Below, one piece after another: positions 10,071-21,286 of a DNA stretch of 64,000 bases. The notes under the pieces were generated by a model. The model had not been told where the DNA came from and made no database searches. It saw only the letters and a list, made by a program, of their open reading frames with translations. Every line of letters begins with the position of its first letter. Positions within the stretch are counted from its first letter, which is position 1. The stretch is from positions 270,610 to 334,609 of the forward strand of contig JAANOX010000218.1 of the NCBI GenBank assembly GCA_020184695.1. Direction: 5' to 3'. A program made the position numbers and the translations under genes. Origin of the DNA: Histomonas meleagridis 2922-C6/04-290x. Lineage: Eukaryota; Protista; Parabasalia.

Positions 10071-11368
10071 TTAACCAATTACATTCTCCATTTTGAATCC
10101 CTCGAGCATCTTTTGCGTTTCAGCAGATATCAAGTGCGGGTCTTCATATGAAATATTTGGCTTTTCGATAGTAAATTGCAAATCGAATTGTGTCAGTAGC
10201 GTTATTCAATGTTGGCACCCACTCTGGAACAGCCTTCAACAAGATCTGATCCCAATCGACGGTATCAAAAAATGGATGTTTTTTCACCTCTTCTACATCT
10301 GTAGGTCCTGACCCAAGTCTTCTTTCTGGGTCACATTGCAACAGCTTGGTTATAAAATCGATGATCTCCATCTATTTTGAAACTCAATAGGATCATTTAA
10401 TATTGAGTCATACATTGCGTTAGTATTCGAGTTAAAGAATGGTGGACGCCCATAGAACATTTCATATGTTATAATCCCAAGTGACCACCAATCTACAGCT
10501 TTCCCATAAGGTCTGGATTGGATAATTTCTGGCGCAATATAGTCGGGCGTACCACAAAACGTTTTTGCAGTGGCATCTTTTTGGTTCATTTTGTCTTTTG
10601 CTAAGCCAAAATCTGTGATTTTAAGATACCCATCTTTATCAAACAAAATGTTTTCTGACTTTAAATCACGATGTACAATGCCTATAGAATGCAAATACCC
10701 AATTGCTAATGTTAATTGGGCAACATATAACATTACGCGATATTCAGAAAACCTTTGTTCTTGCTGAATTCGGGTAAAAAGATCACCACCAGGGACATAC
10801 TCCATGCCAAAAATAACTTTGAATCTGATTGAAATGAATAACATGCTGATGTAACAAATGGGTGATTAACTTTGATTAATGTGTTTCTCTCTGTAGGAGT
10901 TTTTTGTATAAGGTTTTGTTGAGCTAAAACCTTTTTGGATAATGATTTTAGTGCATAAATCTCTCTCTTTCATTATGTTTAACTAATTGAATTTTTCCAT
11001 ATGAACCTCAACCAATGACCTTAAGGATAGTAAAGTCACTGAGCTTTATATCGGTTTTCCTTGAACCTTATCTAGCAAGTACAATAGCTTTATACCATTC
11101 TAATGCTTCGCGTTCTGTAGAAAATATAATTGTATTATCTTTCTTACTATCACGTATTAAAATAGCTTTTGTATTTTTCTTTTTGGCATTAAATACTATT
11201 TCTTCTACTTCTGTTAACTTAATACACTTAATATTTTTATCTCCTGGTTTTTTTGCAATAATGAAGTTCATCGCCTTCTAGCACAAACCAGCGCTTATTA
11301 CGAGCCTTGATAAAACCACCAACTTTACTAGCATAACCTTGTTTAGCAACACCGTCTTGATAACTCAT
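10071..11368 (-). pseudogene. PH-domain AGC (PKB/Akt-like) Ser/Thr kinase pseudogene
   Basis: PH motif QGYASKVGGFIKARNKRWFVLEG; kinase VIG*GSYGK (TGA at the usual Arg), HRDLKSEN, DFG, GTPDYIAPE, VDWWSLG; AGC tail FDLQFT. Two in-frame stops (11068, ~11030) and about 5 frameshifts. Confidence 0.88.
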
Positions 11369-11713
11369 TTCCTCAGGTGAAATATTTGATTGAAACTCCC
11401 CACATCCAAAAAACAATACTTATTTAATCTAAAATAGTTACTTTATGGTACAAATCAATCATTCGTTCACCAGAAAAGCATAAAAATATATCTAATATTT
11501 TAAGCCTCCAATTTTTTTTAGAATTTGAAAATCAAAACTAATTTTTCATCAATCAAATGATAAAACACAAAATTTCCAGGAAAGGAATGGACCTAAATCC
11601 AAAAAAGCAAATAGATTTTACATATTTTATGAAAACGTAAAAGTTTATTTGAACTGCATCAGCAAAAAATAGAAAAACAAATAATGAAGAAATTACCATA
11701 TTTGTCGACTAAA

Positions 11714-12277
11714 TCAAATTTGTTTTTGGAATGTTTCTGTCCTAGATGAGATGCTTCCATCTTTTTCAAGTGTGTAAATTGTTGCATTTGCAATATATCC
11801 AAGAATCTCAAGAATAATGAAAGACGGTGGTGGATTTTCATATGTGGAATTAAACGCACCAGTTGCAGTGCCTGGATCAATTACATGGAAATCTTGAATT
11901 TTTTTAATAGATGCATTATGTGACCCACCAATAACAACAATATCAGCATCGTATTCACGCTGTTTCATACAAATCATAGATTCAGAAAAAGCAAGATAGC
12001 TACTTAATAAAATAACTCTAAAAGAACCAATTGTAAACGCTTCGATTTCCTTAAGATTTTGCAAATCTACCGGGTCAAGTTCACCATGAACCATATGTAT
12101 TTTTTTACATATCATCTTGAGAAGCTTATTCTCGCTTTGACATAAATTTCCAGTACACCAAATTTGTTTGATATTTTGCTGCTTATTTGTGGTTGATTTG
12201 ATCTTGTCAATAAAAGCATCTGGTATTTTTGATGCTCTGTTTGGAATGTGAAAGTCTCCAATAATCAATACTTTCAT
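11714..12277 (-). CDS. VPS29: Retromer subunit Vps29 (metallophosphoesterase fold)
   Basis: MKVLIIGDFHIP...IWCTGNLC...VHGELD...DPGTATGAF; ATG at 12277 preceded by AAAAGTGAC (M2-like motif). Confidence 0.88.
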   Translation of the reverse strand: MKVLIIGDFHIPNRASKIPDAFIDKIKSTTNKQQNIKQIWCTGNLCQSENKLLKMICKKIHMVHGELDPVDLQNLKEIEAFTIGSFRVILLSSYLAFSESMICMKQREYDADIVVIGGSHNASIKKIQDFHVIDPGTATGAFNSTYENPPPSFIILEILGYIANATIYTLEKDGSISSRTETFQKQI

Positions 12278-12454
12278 GTTTGTCACTTTTATAGCTCGTC
12301 CAAAAAGAATTCGGGCGGTTATTTCACTGCAGCCGATTTGTTTTTGAATGATTTTTGGTGCACCAACGCTCAGAATTAACTATCGTTCTAGAAAACAAGA
12401 AAAAAAAATAATTTTGTCCAAGCAAATTTAAACAAATAAAATTTTTAGTCATCT

Positions 12455-12883
12455 TTAGGAAAGTGCGTTCTGCATTTCTTCCTCGAATTGTTTTTCTGAC
12501 AAATTTTGTAGGAATAATCTTAATTTATTTTTAAGATCAGTTTCTGTATAATTTCTCTGGAGCCATTGATAAATTTCTTCCATATCCATATTTTCTTGAA
12601 GAGGTTCATCACTGATTGATATAATAAATTGTTTTAAGATTTGAATTGGTGGAGTTTTTAAAGAATTAAATTCCTCAAATGTATGGTTAATTTCACTTGA
12701 AATATCATTTGCTTCCTCAATTTTTTCGTTTGAGGTGGAATTTTTCGACATTCCTCTAATAGTTTCGTTAATTAATCTTGTCATTGATTCGCGTGCTTTG
12801 TTTTCCAGAACTTCATTACCATCGCAAATTTTCATTATTTCTGTTATTGTTGCTAAAATATTGCTTAGTGAATTGGAGTTCAT
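12455..12883 (-). CDS. Hypothetical 142-aa helical protein
   Basis: ATG-initiated ORF with protein-like composition between Vps29 and the YEATS gene. Confidence 0.6.
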   Translation of the reverse strand: MNSNSLSNILATITEIMKICDGNEVLENKARESMTRLINETIRGMSKNSTSNEKIEEANDISSEINHTFEEFNSLKTPPIQILKQFIISISDEPLQENMDMEEIYQWLQRNYTETDLKNKLRLFLQNLSEKQFEEEMQNALS

Positions 12884-13198
12884 GATTTTTTTTCTACTGG
12901 AAAGATCTTTTTAAAATATTCCATTTTACGCCATAAAAAATTGAATGAATAATTTGAACACACATTCAATTGCATGTGTGGAAGACCCGCTGTATTCTTT
13001 AATGCATTCTATATTAATTTGATTTCAAAATTTAATACCTCTAATTCTACAATTTTCCTTTATGTTTTTGAAAGTATTATAAAAATAAGAGTGCTTTTTT
13101 ATAAAAATTTTTTTCCTTGAATAAGAAAACCTTTGCAAAAATGTAAACGGTCGTGTTTACTTTTTGAGAGCATACCTGTTCAGATTAGGAAAGAAGAA

Positions 13199-13867
13199 AT
13201 GATTGATGATTTAGTTATCGAAAAGAAAGTTGTTGTTGGGCATAATGTACGCCGTCTTCAAAGGCCAACAGAATATAAGACTCATCATTGGGAAATATTT
13301 CTTTATAGTCCAACGGGTGAAGACATGACTAAATGGGTTGAAAAGGTTGTTTTTCACCTTCATGAGTCTTTTAAGCCTCCCGAGAGGATATGTACTTCAG
13401 AACCTTATAAGGCTTCTGAAGATGGATGGGGTGAATTTGAAGCAACAGTTGAAATTTTTCCAAAAGGTGCAATATCTTTTTCATTAACCCACTATATCAC
13501 ATTTCCAAATCAACAATCCAGAAAGTCAGGCCTAACAGAAAAACGAGAAGAAGTAGTTGTATTTCGAAATCCCCCACCAATTTTGTATGAAGGATTAACA
13601 GCAGCTACTTTTTCTTGGAACCGATTTAAGAAAATGAAGCAACACCAAAATGTTAGTGATGCTGAAACTTATGATATTCCAACAAATGATTATCAACTTG
13701 AGCAAAAATGGCTAAATCAGATAACATCAGTATCACAAGACATTCGCACAGAAATACAAGCAATATCAGAAAAAAGCAAAATTCAACTCGAACGTATAAA
13801 TATGCTAATTGAAAATATCCAAAAATATTCACCTGACGTTGCGGAGTTATCCTCTCTTTTCCTCTAA
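13199..13867 (+). CDS. YEATS-domain protein (Yaf9/GAS41-like)
   Basis: THHWEIFL...VEKVVFHLHESF...PYKASEDGWGEF; C-terminal coiled coil; ATG re-assigned to 13199. Confidence 0.9.
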   Translation: MIDDLVIEKKVVVGHNVRRLQRPTEYKTHHWEIFLYSPTGEDMTKWVEKVVFHLHESFKPPERICTSEPYKASEDGWGEFEATVEIFPKGAISFSLTHYITFPNQQSRKSGLTEKREEVVVFRNPPPILYEGLTAATFSWNRFKKMKQHQNVSDAETYDIPTNDYQLEQKWLNQITSVSQDIRTEIQAISEKSKIQLERINMLIENIQKYSPDVAELSSLFL

Positions 13868-14059
13868 CAAAATGTGTGGGCTCCTTACAGGTGTTACAAA
13901 TTATCAAAAATTTGTTCATCGAAAAATAATGTTTTTCAATAATTTATTAATAAATCATTTTTATAATCAACTTCGTCATTTAAAAGCGTCAATAAATTTG
14001 TTTATGCATAATGAGAAACTGTGTAAACTCTAAATCAAAAAGAATCATTTGGAACATTT

Positions 14060-14700
14060 ACAAAGAATTATGATTTCGTTGATAATTATTATTCACTAGA
14101 AATTCACTAATGGTCAATTTTATTTTCATCTGATTTAAAATTTGGAAAAACTGTTGTTAAGTGAATCTGACAATTGTAGAGAATTTAATGAAGAGCATCT
14201 ATAAAATCCTGAATCACCAATTGAAGTAACACCATTCATTGTAACTGATTATAAACCTGAACATAATATGCATTTGAAGAAATTGTTGCTAATGAATCTG
14301 GGAATTGAAGAGATTTTAATGAAGAACAGTTATAAAATGCCGAATTCTCAAGTAACAAAATTCACTGTAATAGATTCTAAACTTGAACAACCATAAAACG
14401 TACTTGAAGAAAATGCTGTTGGTGAGTCTAATAATTGAACTGATGTTAATGCAGAACATTCATAAAATGCATACATTGATCAAACAATTGAATTAACACT
14501 TTTCATTTTAATTGATCTAAACCTGCGCATCTATAAAATGCAAATGAAGTAATTTTTGTTTGTGTGTTTGGCAATTGAGAGATGTTAGTGAAGAACATCG
14601 ATAAAATGTTGAACTACTAATTGAAGCATCATTAAGCATTGTAATTGATACCAAACATGAACATTCCCTAAATGCAATAGGCTATAAGCAATACATAAAA
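14060..14700 (-). pseudogene. BspA LRR relic
   Basis: AFRECSCLVSITM, TFYRCSSLTSL, AFYECSALTSVQL and SAFYNCSSLKSL fragments in shifting frames with stops. Confidence 0.75.
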
Positions 14701-14904
14701 TAATTAAATACAGTACAAAGCATTTCATATTATTTGAAACATAATACTTCATTAAAATTTAATAACATCTGTCTGAGAATTTCTCTCTTACCACAATATA
14801 AACTATATAATCATATTGCTGATTTAGACAACATTCTTTCTGTCAACATAAATAATATATACATTTTCTTAATCATAATAAATTCGCTTCAAAAACCATT
14901 TTAT

Positions 14905-17900
14905 TTATTTCAATCTCTCTTCGAACTCTTTATATTCGTCGTAGCAAACTGCGAAGAACTCGGGCATTAACTTTGCTCCTATTTCTAATCCGTCTGTTGA
15001 CTTTTCCGATTTCACGGGGCCTATTTCGCTATGCATGAAGAAATCGAAGTCATTTTGTTGATTTGGGTCGAGCACATTCTTTTGTGCGATATCTTCTTTA
15101 CCTTTATCTTTATCGATCAATTTTTTCCATTCCGCTTTCTGATTTGCGAACGGCTGTATCACAGTTTCCTTCAAGTAATTTCTGATTTCATTTAATTCCT
15201 TCCACGAATCGTTCAACAATGGAATCATTGGAACAATTAATTTTTCGTCGTTTATATATATTTCACCATTTGGTATACTCAATGGCTGAATTTGTAATAT
15301 TATATTTTCGATTTGTGCCTTTAGTTCCAAATTATTTAACTTTTCTTCTTCTTCAAACTCGTCAACAATTTTCTTATTTAATAATCCATTAATTTCAGCA
15401 TCTTCAATAATACTATAAAGGAAATCATTTGTTAAATTCGTTGTTTGTTTACTACAATAATAAATTATATTCGAATAATCTTTAACAATATCATTTTTGT
15501 TTTTACATTTTATAAAAATTCGTTGAACAAATGTTAAAAGTGTTGTCATATTAAAATTATTTTTATTTTTATATATTTCATACGAAAATATTTTTCCGGA
15601 TTTCTTAATAGGTTCGAAATAAGTTAAACATAATTCATCACAAATTTGATCTAAAAATATTTCAGGATGAGCATTATCAATATCATTTAAATAATCGGCG
15701 AAAATTATTGAAATTTTCGAATCATTACCGAAATCAATTTTCGAAATTCTTTTAGCGATTTTTATAATTTTTTTAATGTTTTCTTTCGAATATAAGTTAA
15801 TGAAAGGTGAAATATAATGATAAGCACAAAATATACCATAAAAAATTGGTATTTGAATAATGACACTAATGATTTTAATATCATTATTAATGGAATAATA
15901 TTCAGCAATTGAAGTTAAGAATTCCATAACATTAACAAATAATTCATTATTATAAATCAAATTCGAAATCTTTAATATATTTGCTTCAATGTTTAATAAT
16001 TTATGTGTCGATTTAATTGAGATAAATTGTTCGATGATTTTAAATGCGATTTTTGTGGCTTCATAATTATTGTTTATTAAATCATTATTAAAGATAAAAG
16101 GTTGAGCAAATTGCCATATGAAATCTCCATAATGTTCTAATATTTTAACATTCGAAATTGTTTTAGTTAAATATAAAATGATATTTAATGATGTACTTAT
16201 ATAATTCTTTATAATTTCATCATTTTGATCTAATAAATTATTCTTTATGATAATATATAATGAATGCATAATCGATGGTATATCACTTCCATCCGATTTA
16301 ATTGGTATATTACTTAATATGATTCCACTTTTAGTAGCTATGATTAAATCACCACAACTACAAAACCATTGAAGTGCAATTTCTTTCCAATTATATATAA
16401 TGTTTTCATAACGACCTTTTAAGATAGAACATATTTGTGTTATAATTTTAGTGATTGATATTTCAATTGGTGATGAATTTTCTTTAAAAGTAATTTTTAA
16501 GTCATTTAATTTAATATTAAAATTGTTTAAAATCTTTGTAATTATTTCTTTAATTAAGTCATTATATATCATTAATTTATTATTATATAAATTTAATAAA
16601 CAAAAATGTAATATCGTTGGAATATAATTTAGAATAATATTAAAATAATTATTAATGATTTCATTAAAATATAATAAACTTCCATATAATGAAAACTTAG
16701 TTTTATCTTCTTCATTAATTCCTGTTTGTAATATCTCTGTTTCATATACATTAATTATAAACCAAGAATCAAATTGTAATGGCTGAATAATTCTTGAAAT
16801 AAATTTCATTAAATGTTCATTCGATAATGATATTAATATAGTTACACATTGTTTTGTATATTGTTTATTAGGTATTAAATTAAAGATGATTTTAATTAAA
16901 TAATTTAAATTATTTGGTATCTCACAAAAGCCTTTAAATAATGAACAATATAATGAATGCATTGATTTAGGTATAATTAAAAACAAATCAATTAATGATA
17001 TCGATATATTTAATGGTAATTCTTCTAAATTAAAAAGATTTGCTATTTTAGGTATTAATGATATTATAATATTTAAGTTTTGTTGTAAACAATTTTGTTT
17101 AATTCGTTCAATAGTTTCTTTAATTAAAGGTATTCGTATAAATGGTAAATATTTACATATGTTATAAAATAATGAATAAATCTTTTGATTAGAAGGTATT
17201 GATACATTAGTAATAAATTCATTTTCGATTTCATTAAATATTTCATTTAAATATGCAATTGGTTTTAAGTTATTTGGTTCATAAATAGTAGTAAATAATG
17301 TACTAAGTCTTTTAATCAATTTAAATGATAATTTCCGCGTTTCAATTTCAGGTGAGAATAAATATATAAATGATAATAAATATAATATTCCTCGATCATT
17401 ATAAGTTTTAATATTATATTTCTTATCTTCTTCAGTAAGAATACTATTATTATTAATATCACTAACATATTGAAATGCTATTGCACGGAAATAATTAGAA
17501 TTCCCTTGAATCGCATAATTACAAAACATTTCAAATAAGTTGGAATGTAATGAAAGTATTTTCTTCATTACTAAGTCATTATTTATTGCAATGTTTTGTA
17601 TTTCTTTCGAAAATGGAAAGTTTTTATCAAAAAGATTTCCAACATGAAACATTGAGATTTCGGCTTCTTTAATTTGATTTATATTATTTAAATTTAATTG
17701 TTCCATTTCCATTAAGAATTTAAATGATTGTTGTCGTTGATTAATGGACCAATTAAATGCTTTTAATGATATTAATGGTTGGAAACAATGTAATGAACCT
17801 TTGTTACCAGGATTATAATCAGAAGTTAAAGCTAACGAAGTGTTTTTAATAATAGTTACATAATTTTGATATAAAACTTCATTTTTCTCATCAAGTTCTT

Positions 17901-20784
17901 GGATAATTAATAAGAAGAATTTAATATTATTAAATGTATTAGACGAACTACAAATTAATAATTGATAATCAGTATTTTGTGATATTTGTGATACGAATTT
18001 ACTCATTTGTGTTAATCCTAAATTGGATTTATTAGATGAATCATTTTGTAATGTTTTTAATTTATTTATTATCATATCTAAGATTATACTATGTGTAGAA
18101 CATGAACAATTAGATATTATTAATGAAAATATTTTCGATTCAAATGATAATTCATTTATTGAGTTATTTAATAAATTATTTAATATGTTTTCAAATAAAT
18201 TACTTTCATTATTATTAGTTTTATCATATAAAAATGGACTTTCAATTGAATATAAGTTTAAGAAATTATTTGGATTTAATTTAGTTAAATCATTTTTAAG
18301 ATTTGTAAATGTTTTAGTTGTCCAAAAGTTTAATCTTGAACATAAAATTAACATTAATATATTATGAATTTGATTAGCAATTATTTCATCATTTTCATTA
18401 ATATTATTAATCTTTTGGAAGTTAATAAATTTTGAAATATTTAAATCAATTAATATATTAAATATTTCTTTAAATTGTTCTTGTGATATAATACATAAAA
18501 ACTCCGAATAAGCTATTGAATAAAGATTAATACAAGAACAATAACATATATCTTCGAAATTAAAATTATTAATTGGTATATTTCTTAAACTTAATCTAAT
18601 CAAAAAGTTATCCAAATTCTTTTCTAATTCGCTATATATTGTATTTGTTATATTATTTTGATCACAAATAAATTGAAATCGTTTTAAACATAACAATGAT
18701 AATTTACGTATTTCTAAATATGGCGATGTTAACAAGAAGATAATCATTGCTTGAAAATGATTATACCATAAATCAAACCATTTTTCATTATTAGCTTTAA
18801 TAGGTATTAAAGGCGAAGATATTAAATGATAATATAATGATAATATAATACAAATATGTTGTCCATTTAATATCTTCATCATAAATTGTGTTAAATAACT
18901 TAATAATATTGGCCGTGAATAACTTAATTGATAATATATCCATTGTAATGTATATACTGCAAAATGTGCTAAATATTGTGACGATGATAAAATTGTTTCA
19001 ATTAAAATGGATAAAAATAAGTTTTTCCGATCTTTTAAGTCATTTTCATTAATAATTTGTGGTAATAAACATAATAAATGTGTAATTGATTTCTCATTTG
19101 AATTACTACTAATATTATCTAATAATGAAATATCAAATTTCACTCGTTTAAAGACATAATCGGGAAATTTCTCTTGCATAAATTTATCCGAAATGTTCAT
19201 ATCTTTACTTAGTTTCGGTATAAATTCATCTGTCCGTACATGAAAATTAGGAGTTGGACATTCTAAGATTTCAAATGATGATAAAAAATGCGGCGATATA
19301 GTTATAGTTGAATAACTTTCAGGTTTACAAAACTCTAAATATTTAAATAATGACGTTTTAATAGTAGTTAAAAATGTATGAATTTTATCATTTAAATTTT
19401 GGATATTTTGTTCATTTGTTAAATTATTATCTTTATTTAATGGGTTTTGACTTGCATATTTAGTAAATTGTACATCTTCATTAATCATATTTGTTAACAC
19501 TGTTAATAATGGTAATATTTTTTGTAAATTGTTATCTTTAAGATATATTAATGCTAAATTAGAAATAGTATTCGTGTTACGTGATACAAAATTAAATAAA
19601 ATCGATGAAATAATTGGAATTGTTTTAGTTGTTAATGTTATGTTCATGATATAATGATTATAAAAATCTATAAGTGAATCTGAATCATAATTTGGATTCC
19701 ATAACATTGTACATTCATCTGATAAATTAGATAATTGATTAATTTCACCATATTCCCAAAACATCGAATTTAAATTAATTTGTCCATTTCGAATTAATAT
19801 TAAAAATGATCGTAACATACATTCAGATTTAACTTTGGATTTAAATACAGTTTTAGAAAAGTCTAAGATTTGGTCTTCCGTTAATTGCTTAGATTTAGAT
19901 AAAATAATGGCTTTGCATTCAGTTATGGAATTTCGTGTTTCTTTGTTGTGCTTTTCACTTTTTAAAAGGTTTTCCGTATCGTTCAAAAGTGGCTCTGAAA
20001 ATTGTGAAATTTGCAAAAGTGTAAAGCGAAGAATTGAAAAAAAGGTTTTAACGCTGATGTTCATGGATTTCTTTTTACGGCTTTGATAAAAAGAAATTAG
20101 GTTTTCTAAATTTGAACATGCGTTTGTTGAATCATATCTTATGTATCTAAATAATAATAAAACATCTTTTGTGCTATATTTAGAATCGCCTAAACAATCT
20201 TTAAACGAAGAATAAATGCTTTGGTATGATTTGATTGAAAGAATTGATATAATAACTGAAAATTGTTTGATTATTTTTCTCCAATGAAGTTTAAAAAATG
20301 TATTTTGTGGTTCTGGAAATTTGCTTCGTTCTGAAAGCACTGATAATATTGTAGGCATTAAATGATGATCTTCTTCTGAAGAACATGTTAAAATTTGAGT
20401 AACAACATCTCCAAAAATATAACATCCAAAAATAGAAAGGAGTTCACCTATCGCTGAATCTTGTTCATCTTCAAAACCAAAATCACTTTTCATTTTTTCA
20501 AATAAAATTGGATTTTGTGAAAACGGATAAAGATCAAGAAAAGATATAATTGTTGAGTGTGGATTCGCCATTCCCAGGGATACTAATTTGCTAATAGCTG
20601 AATTATATTCGTCGGAATCACGTGGGAAATTTTTTAGATGATTAATTTCTTGTCCTTTTTTCCAAGATAATTTTTCTACTGATGATCTAAAAAAGCCTCT
20701 TAGGGAATTGATAACATTTGGAATTACAGAAGAAACAAAGGAAGCAAATTGATGAGGCTTCATCAATGTGGATTTTGAAAACAT
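14905..20784 (-). CDS. Furry/Tao3/MOR2-like HEAT-repeat cell-morphogenesis scaffold (1959 aa)
   Basis: Uninterrupted 5.9-kb ORF; segments such as WKEIALQWFCSCGDLIIATKSGIIL, TILHFCLLNL and EIRKLSLLCL resemble Furry-family conserved blocks. Confidence 0.7.
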   Translation of the reverse strand: MFSKSTLMKPHQFASFVSSVIPNVINSLRGFFRSSVEKLSWKKGQEINHLKNFPRDSDEYNSAISKLVSLGMANPHSTIISFLDLYPFSQNPILFEKMKSDFGFEDEQDSAIGELLSIFGCYIFGDVVTQILTCSSEEDHHLMPTILSVLSERSKFPEPQNTFFKLHWRKIIKQFSVIISILSIKSYQSIYSSFKDCLGDSKYSTKDVLLLFRYIRYDSTNACSNLENLISFYQSRKKKSMNISVKTFFSILRFTLLQISQFSEPLLNDTENLLKSEKHNKETRNSITECKAIILSKSKQLTEDQILDFSKTVFKSKVKSECMLRSFLILIRNGQINLNSMFWEYGEINQLSNLSDECTMLWNPNYDSDSLIDFYNHYIMNITLTTKTIPIISSILFNFVSRNTNTISNLALIYLKDNNLQKILPLLTVLTNMINEDVQFTKYASQNPLNKDNNLTNEQNIQNLNDKIHTFLTTIKTSLFKYLEFCKPESYSTITISPHFLSSFEILECPTPNFHVRTDEFIPKLSKDMNISDKFMQEKFPDYVFKRVKFDISLLDNISSNSNEKSITHLLCLLPQIINENDLKDRKNLFLSILIETILSSSQYLAHFAVYTLQWIYYQLSYSRPILLSYLTQFMMKILNGQHICIILSLYYHLISSPLIPIKANNEKWFDLWYNHFQAMIIFLLTSPYLEIRKLSLLCLKRFQFICDQNNITNTIYSELEKNLDNFLIRLSLRNIPINNFNFEDICYCSCINLYSIAYSEFLCIISQEQFKEIFNILIDLNISKFINFQKINNINENDEIIANQIHNILMLILCSRLNFWTTKTFTNLKNDLTKLNPNNFLNLYSIESPFLYDKTNNNESNLFENILNNLLNNSINELSFESKIFSLIISNCSCSTHSIILDMIINKLKTLQNDSSNKSNLGLTQMSKFVSQISQNTDYQLLICSSSNTFNNIKFFLLIIQELDEKNEVLYQNYVTIIKNTSLALTSDYNPGNKGSLHCFQPLISLKAFNWSINQRQQSFKFLMEMEQLNLNNINQIKEAEISMFHVGNLFDKNFPFSKEIQNIAINNDLVMKKILSLHSNLFEMFCNYAIQGNSNYFRAIAFQYVSDINNNSILTEEDKKYNIKTYNDRGILYLLSFIYLFSPEIETRKLSFKLIKRLSTLFTTIYEPNNLKPIAYLNEIFNEIENEFITNVSIPSNQKIYSLFYNICKYLPFIRIPLIKETIERIKQNCLQQNLNIIISLIPKIANLFNLEELPLNISISLIDLFLIIPKSMHSLYCSLFKGFCEIPNNLNYLIKIIFNLIPNKQYTKQCVTILISLSNEHLMKFISRIIQPLQFDSWFIINVYETEILQTGINEEDKTKFSLYGSLLYFNEIINNYFNIILNYIPTILHFCLLNLYNNKLMIYNDLIKEIITKILNNFNIKLNDLKITFKENSSPIEISITKIITQICSILKGRYENIIYNWKEIALQWFCSCGDLIIATKSGIILSNIPIKSDGSDIPSIMHSLYIIIKNNLLDQNDEIIKNYISTSLNIILYLTKTISNVKILEHYGDFIWQFAQPFIFNNDLINNNYEATKIAFKIIEQFISIKSTHKLLNIEANILKISNLIYNNELFVNVMEFLTSIAEYYSINNDIKIISVIIQIPIFYGIFCAYHYISPFINLYSKENIKKIIKIAKRISKIDFGNDSKISIIFADYLNDIDNAHPEIFLDQICDELCLTYFEPIKKSGKIFSYEIYKNKNNFNMTTLLTFVQRIFIKCKNKNDIVKDYSNIIYYCSKQTTNLTNDFLYSIIEDAEINGLLNKKIVDEFEEEEKLNNLELKAQIENIILQIQPLSIPNGEIYINDEKLIVPMIPLLNDSWKELNEIRNYLKETVIQPFANQKAEWKKLIDKDKGKEDIAQKNVLDPNQQNDFDFFMHSEIGPVKSEKSTDGLEIGAKLMPEFFAVCYDEYKEFEERLK

Positions 20785-21286
20785 TACAAAATAAGCTTAG
20801 AAAAATTGAAAGCCCTTGTATTTAGGAGATACAAAATTTTGGGGTACCTCACAGCATCCATTCAAAAAGTGGTCCAAAAAATTTGTCACAATTTGCGCCT
20901 CGTCAATGTCTATTCATTTTTGTCATAAAAATTCATTTTAATTTTTGTTGTCTTGGGCGAACGTCTTTCTTTGGTTGAAAAAATAATGAGTCGTATTAAG
21001 TAAAATATTTGATATTAATTACATGTTTGAATCTACCCTCTATTATACATAATACTGTTGATATTTCCTATCGAATATTTTTGCAGAAGCTTAATCAATT
21101 TTAGTTAGATTCAAATGTGTTTTGGTAGTAATCATGTTTTTACTCGCTTCACCTATGAGAACGTTAAAAAGAAAAATTATTTTTCATAATTTTTTGTTCA
21201 TGTTTTAAATAACTGTTTTTTTGGCACATAAGATATGTCAAAATTTCTATTTTGCTATAAAATTTTATAAAAAGCATATGATTTAT

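Noticed and set aside
11020-11075. Stop-codon reassignment (TGA/TAA in the kinase frame)
   Set aside because: All intact genes end at TAA/TAG/TGA and long ORFs have no internal stops; the same locus also has frameshifts, so it is a pseudogene.
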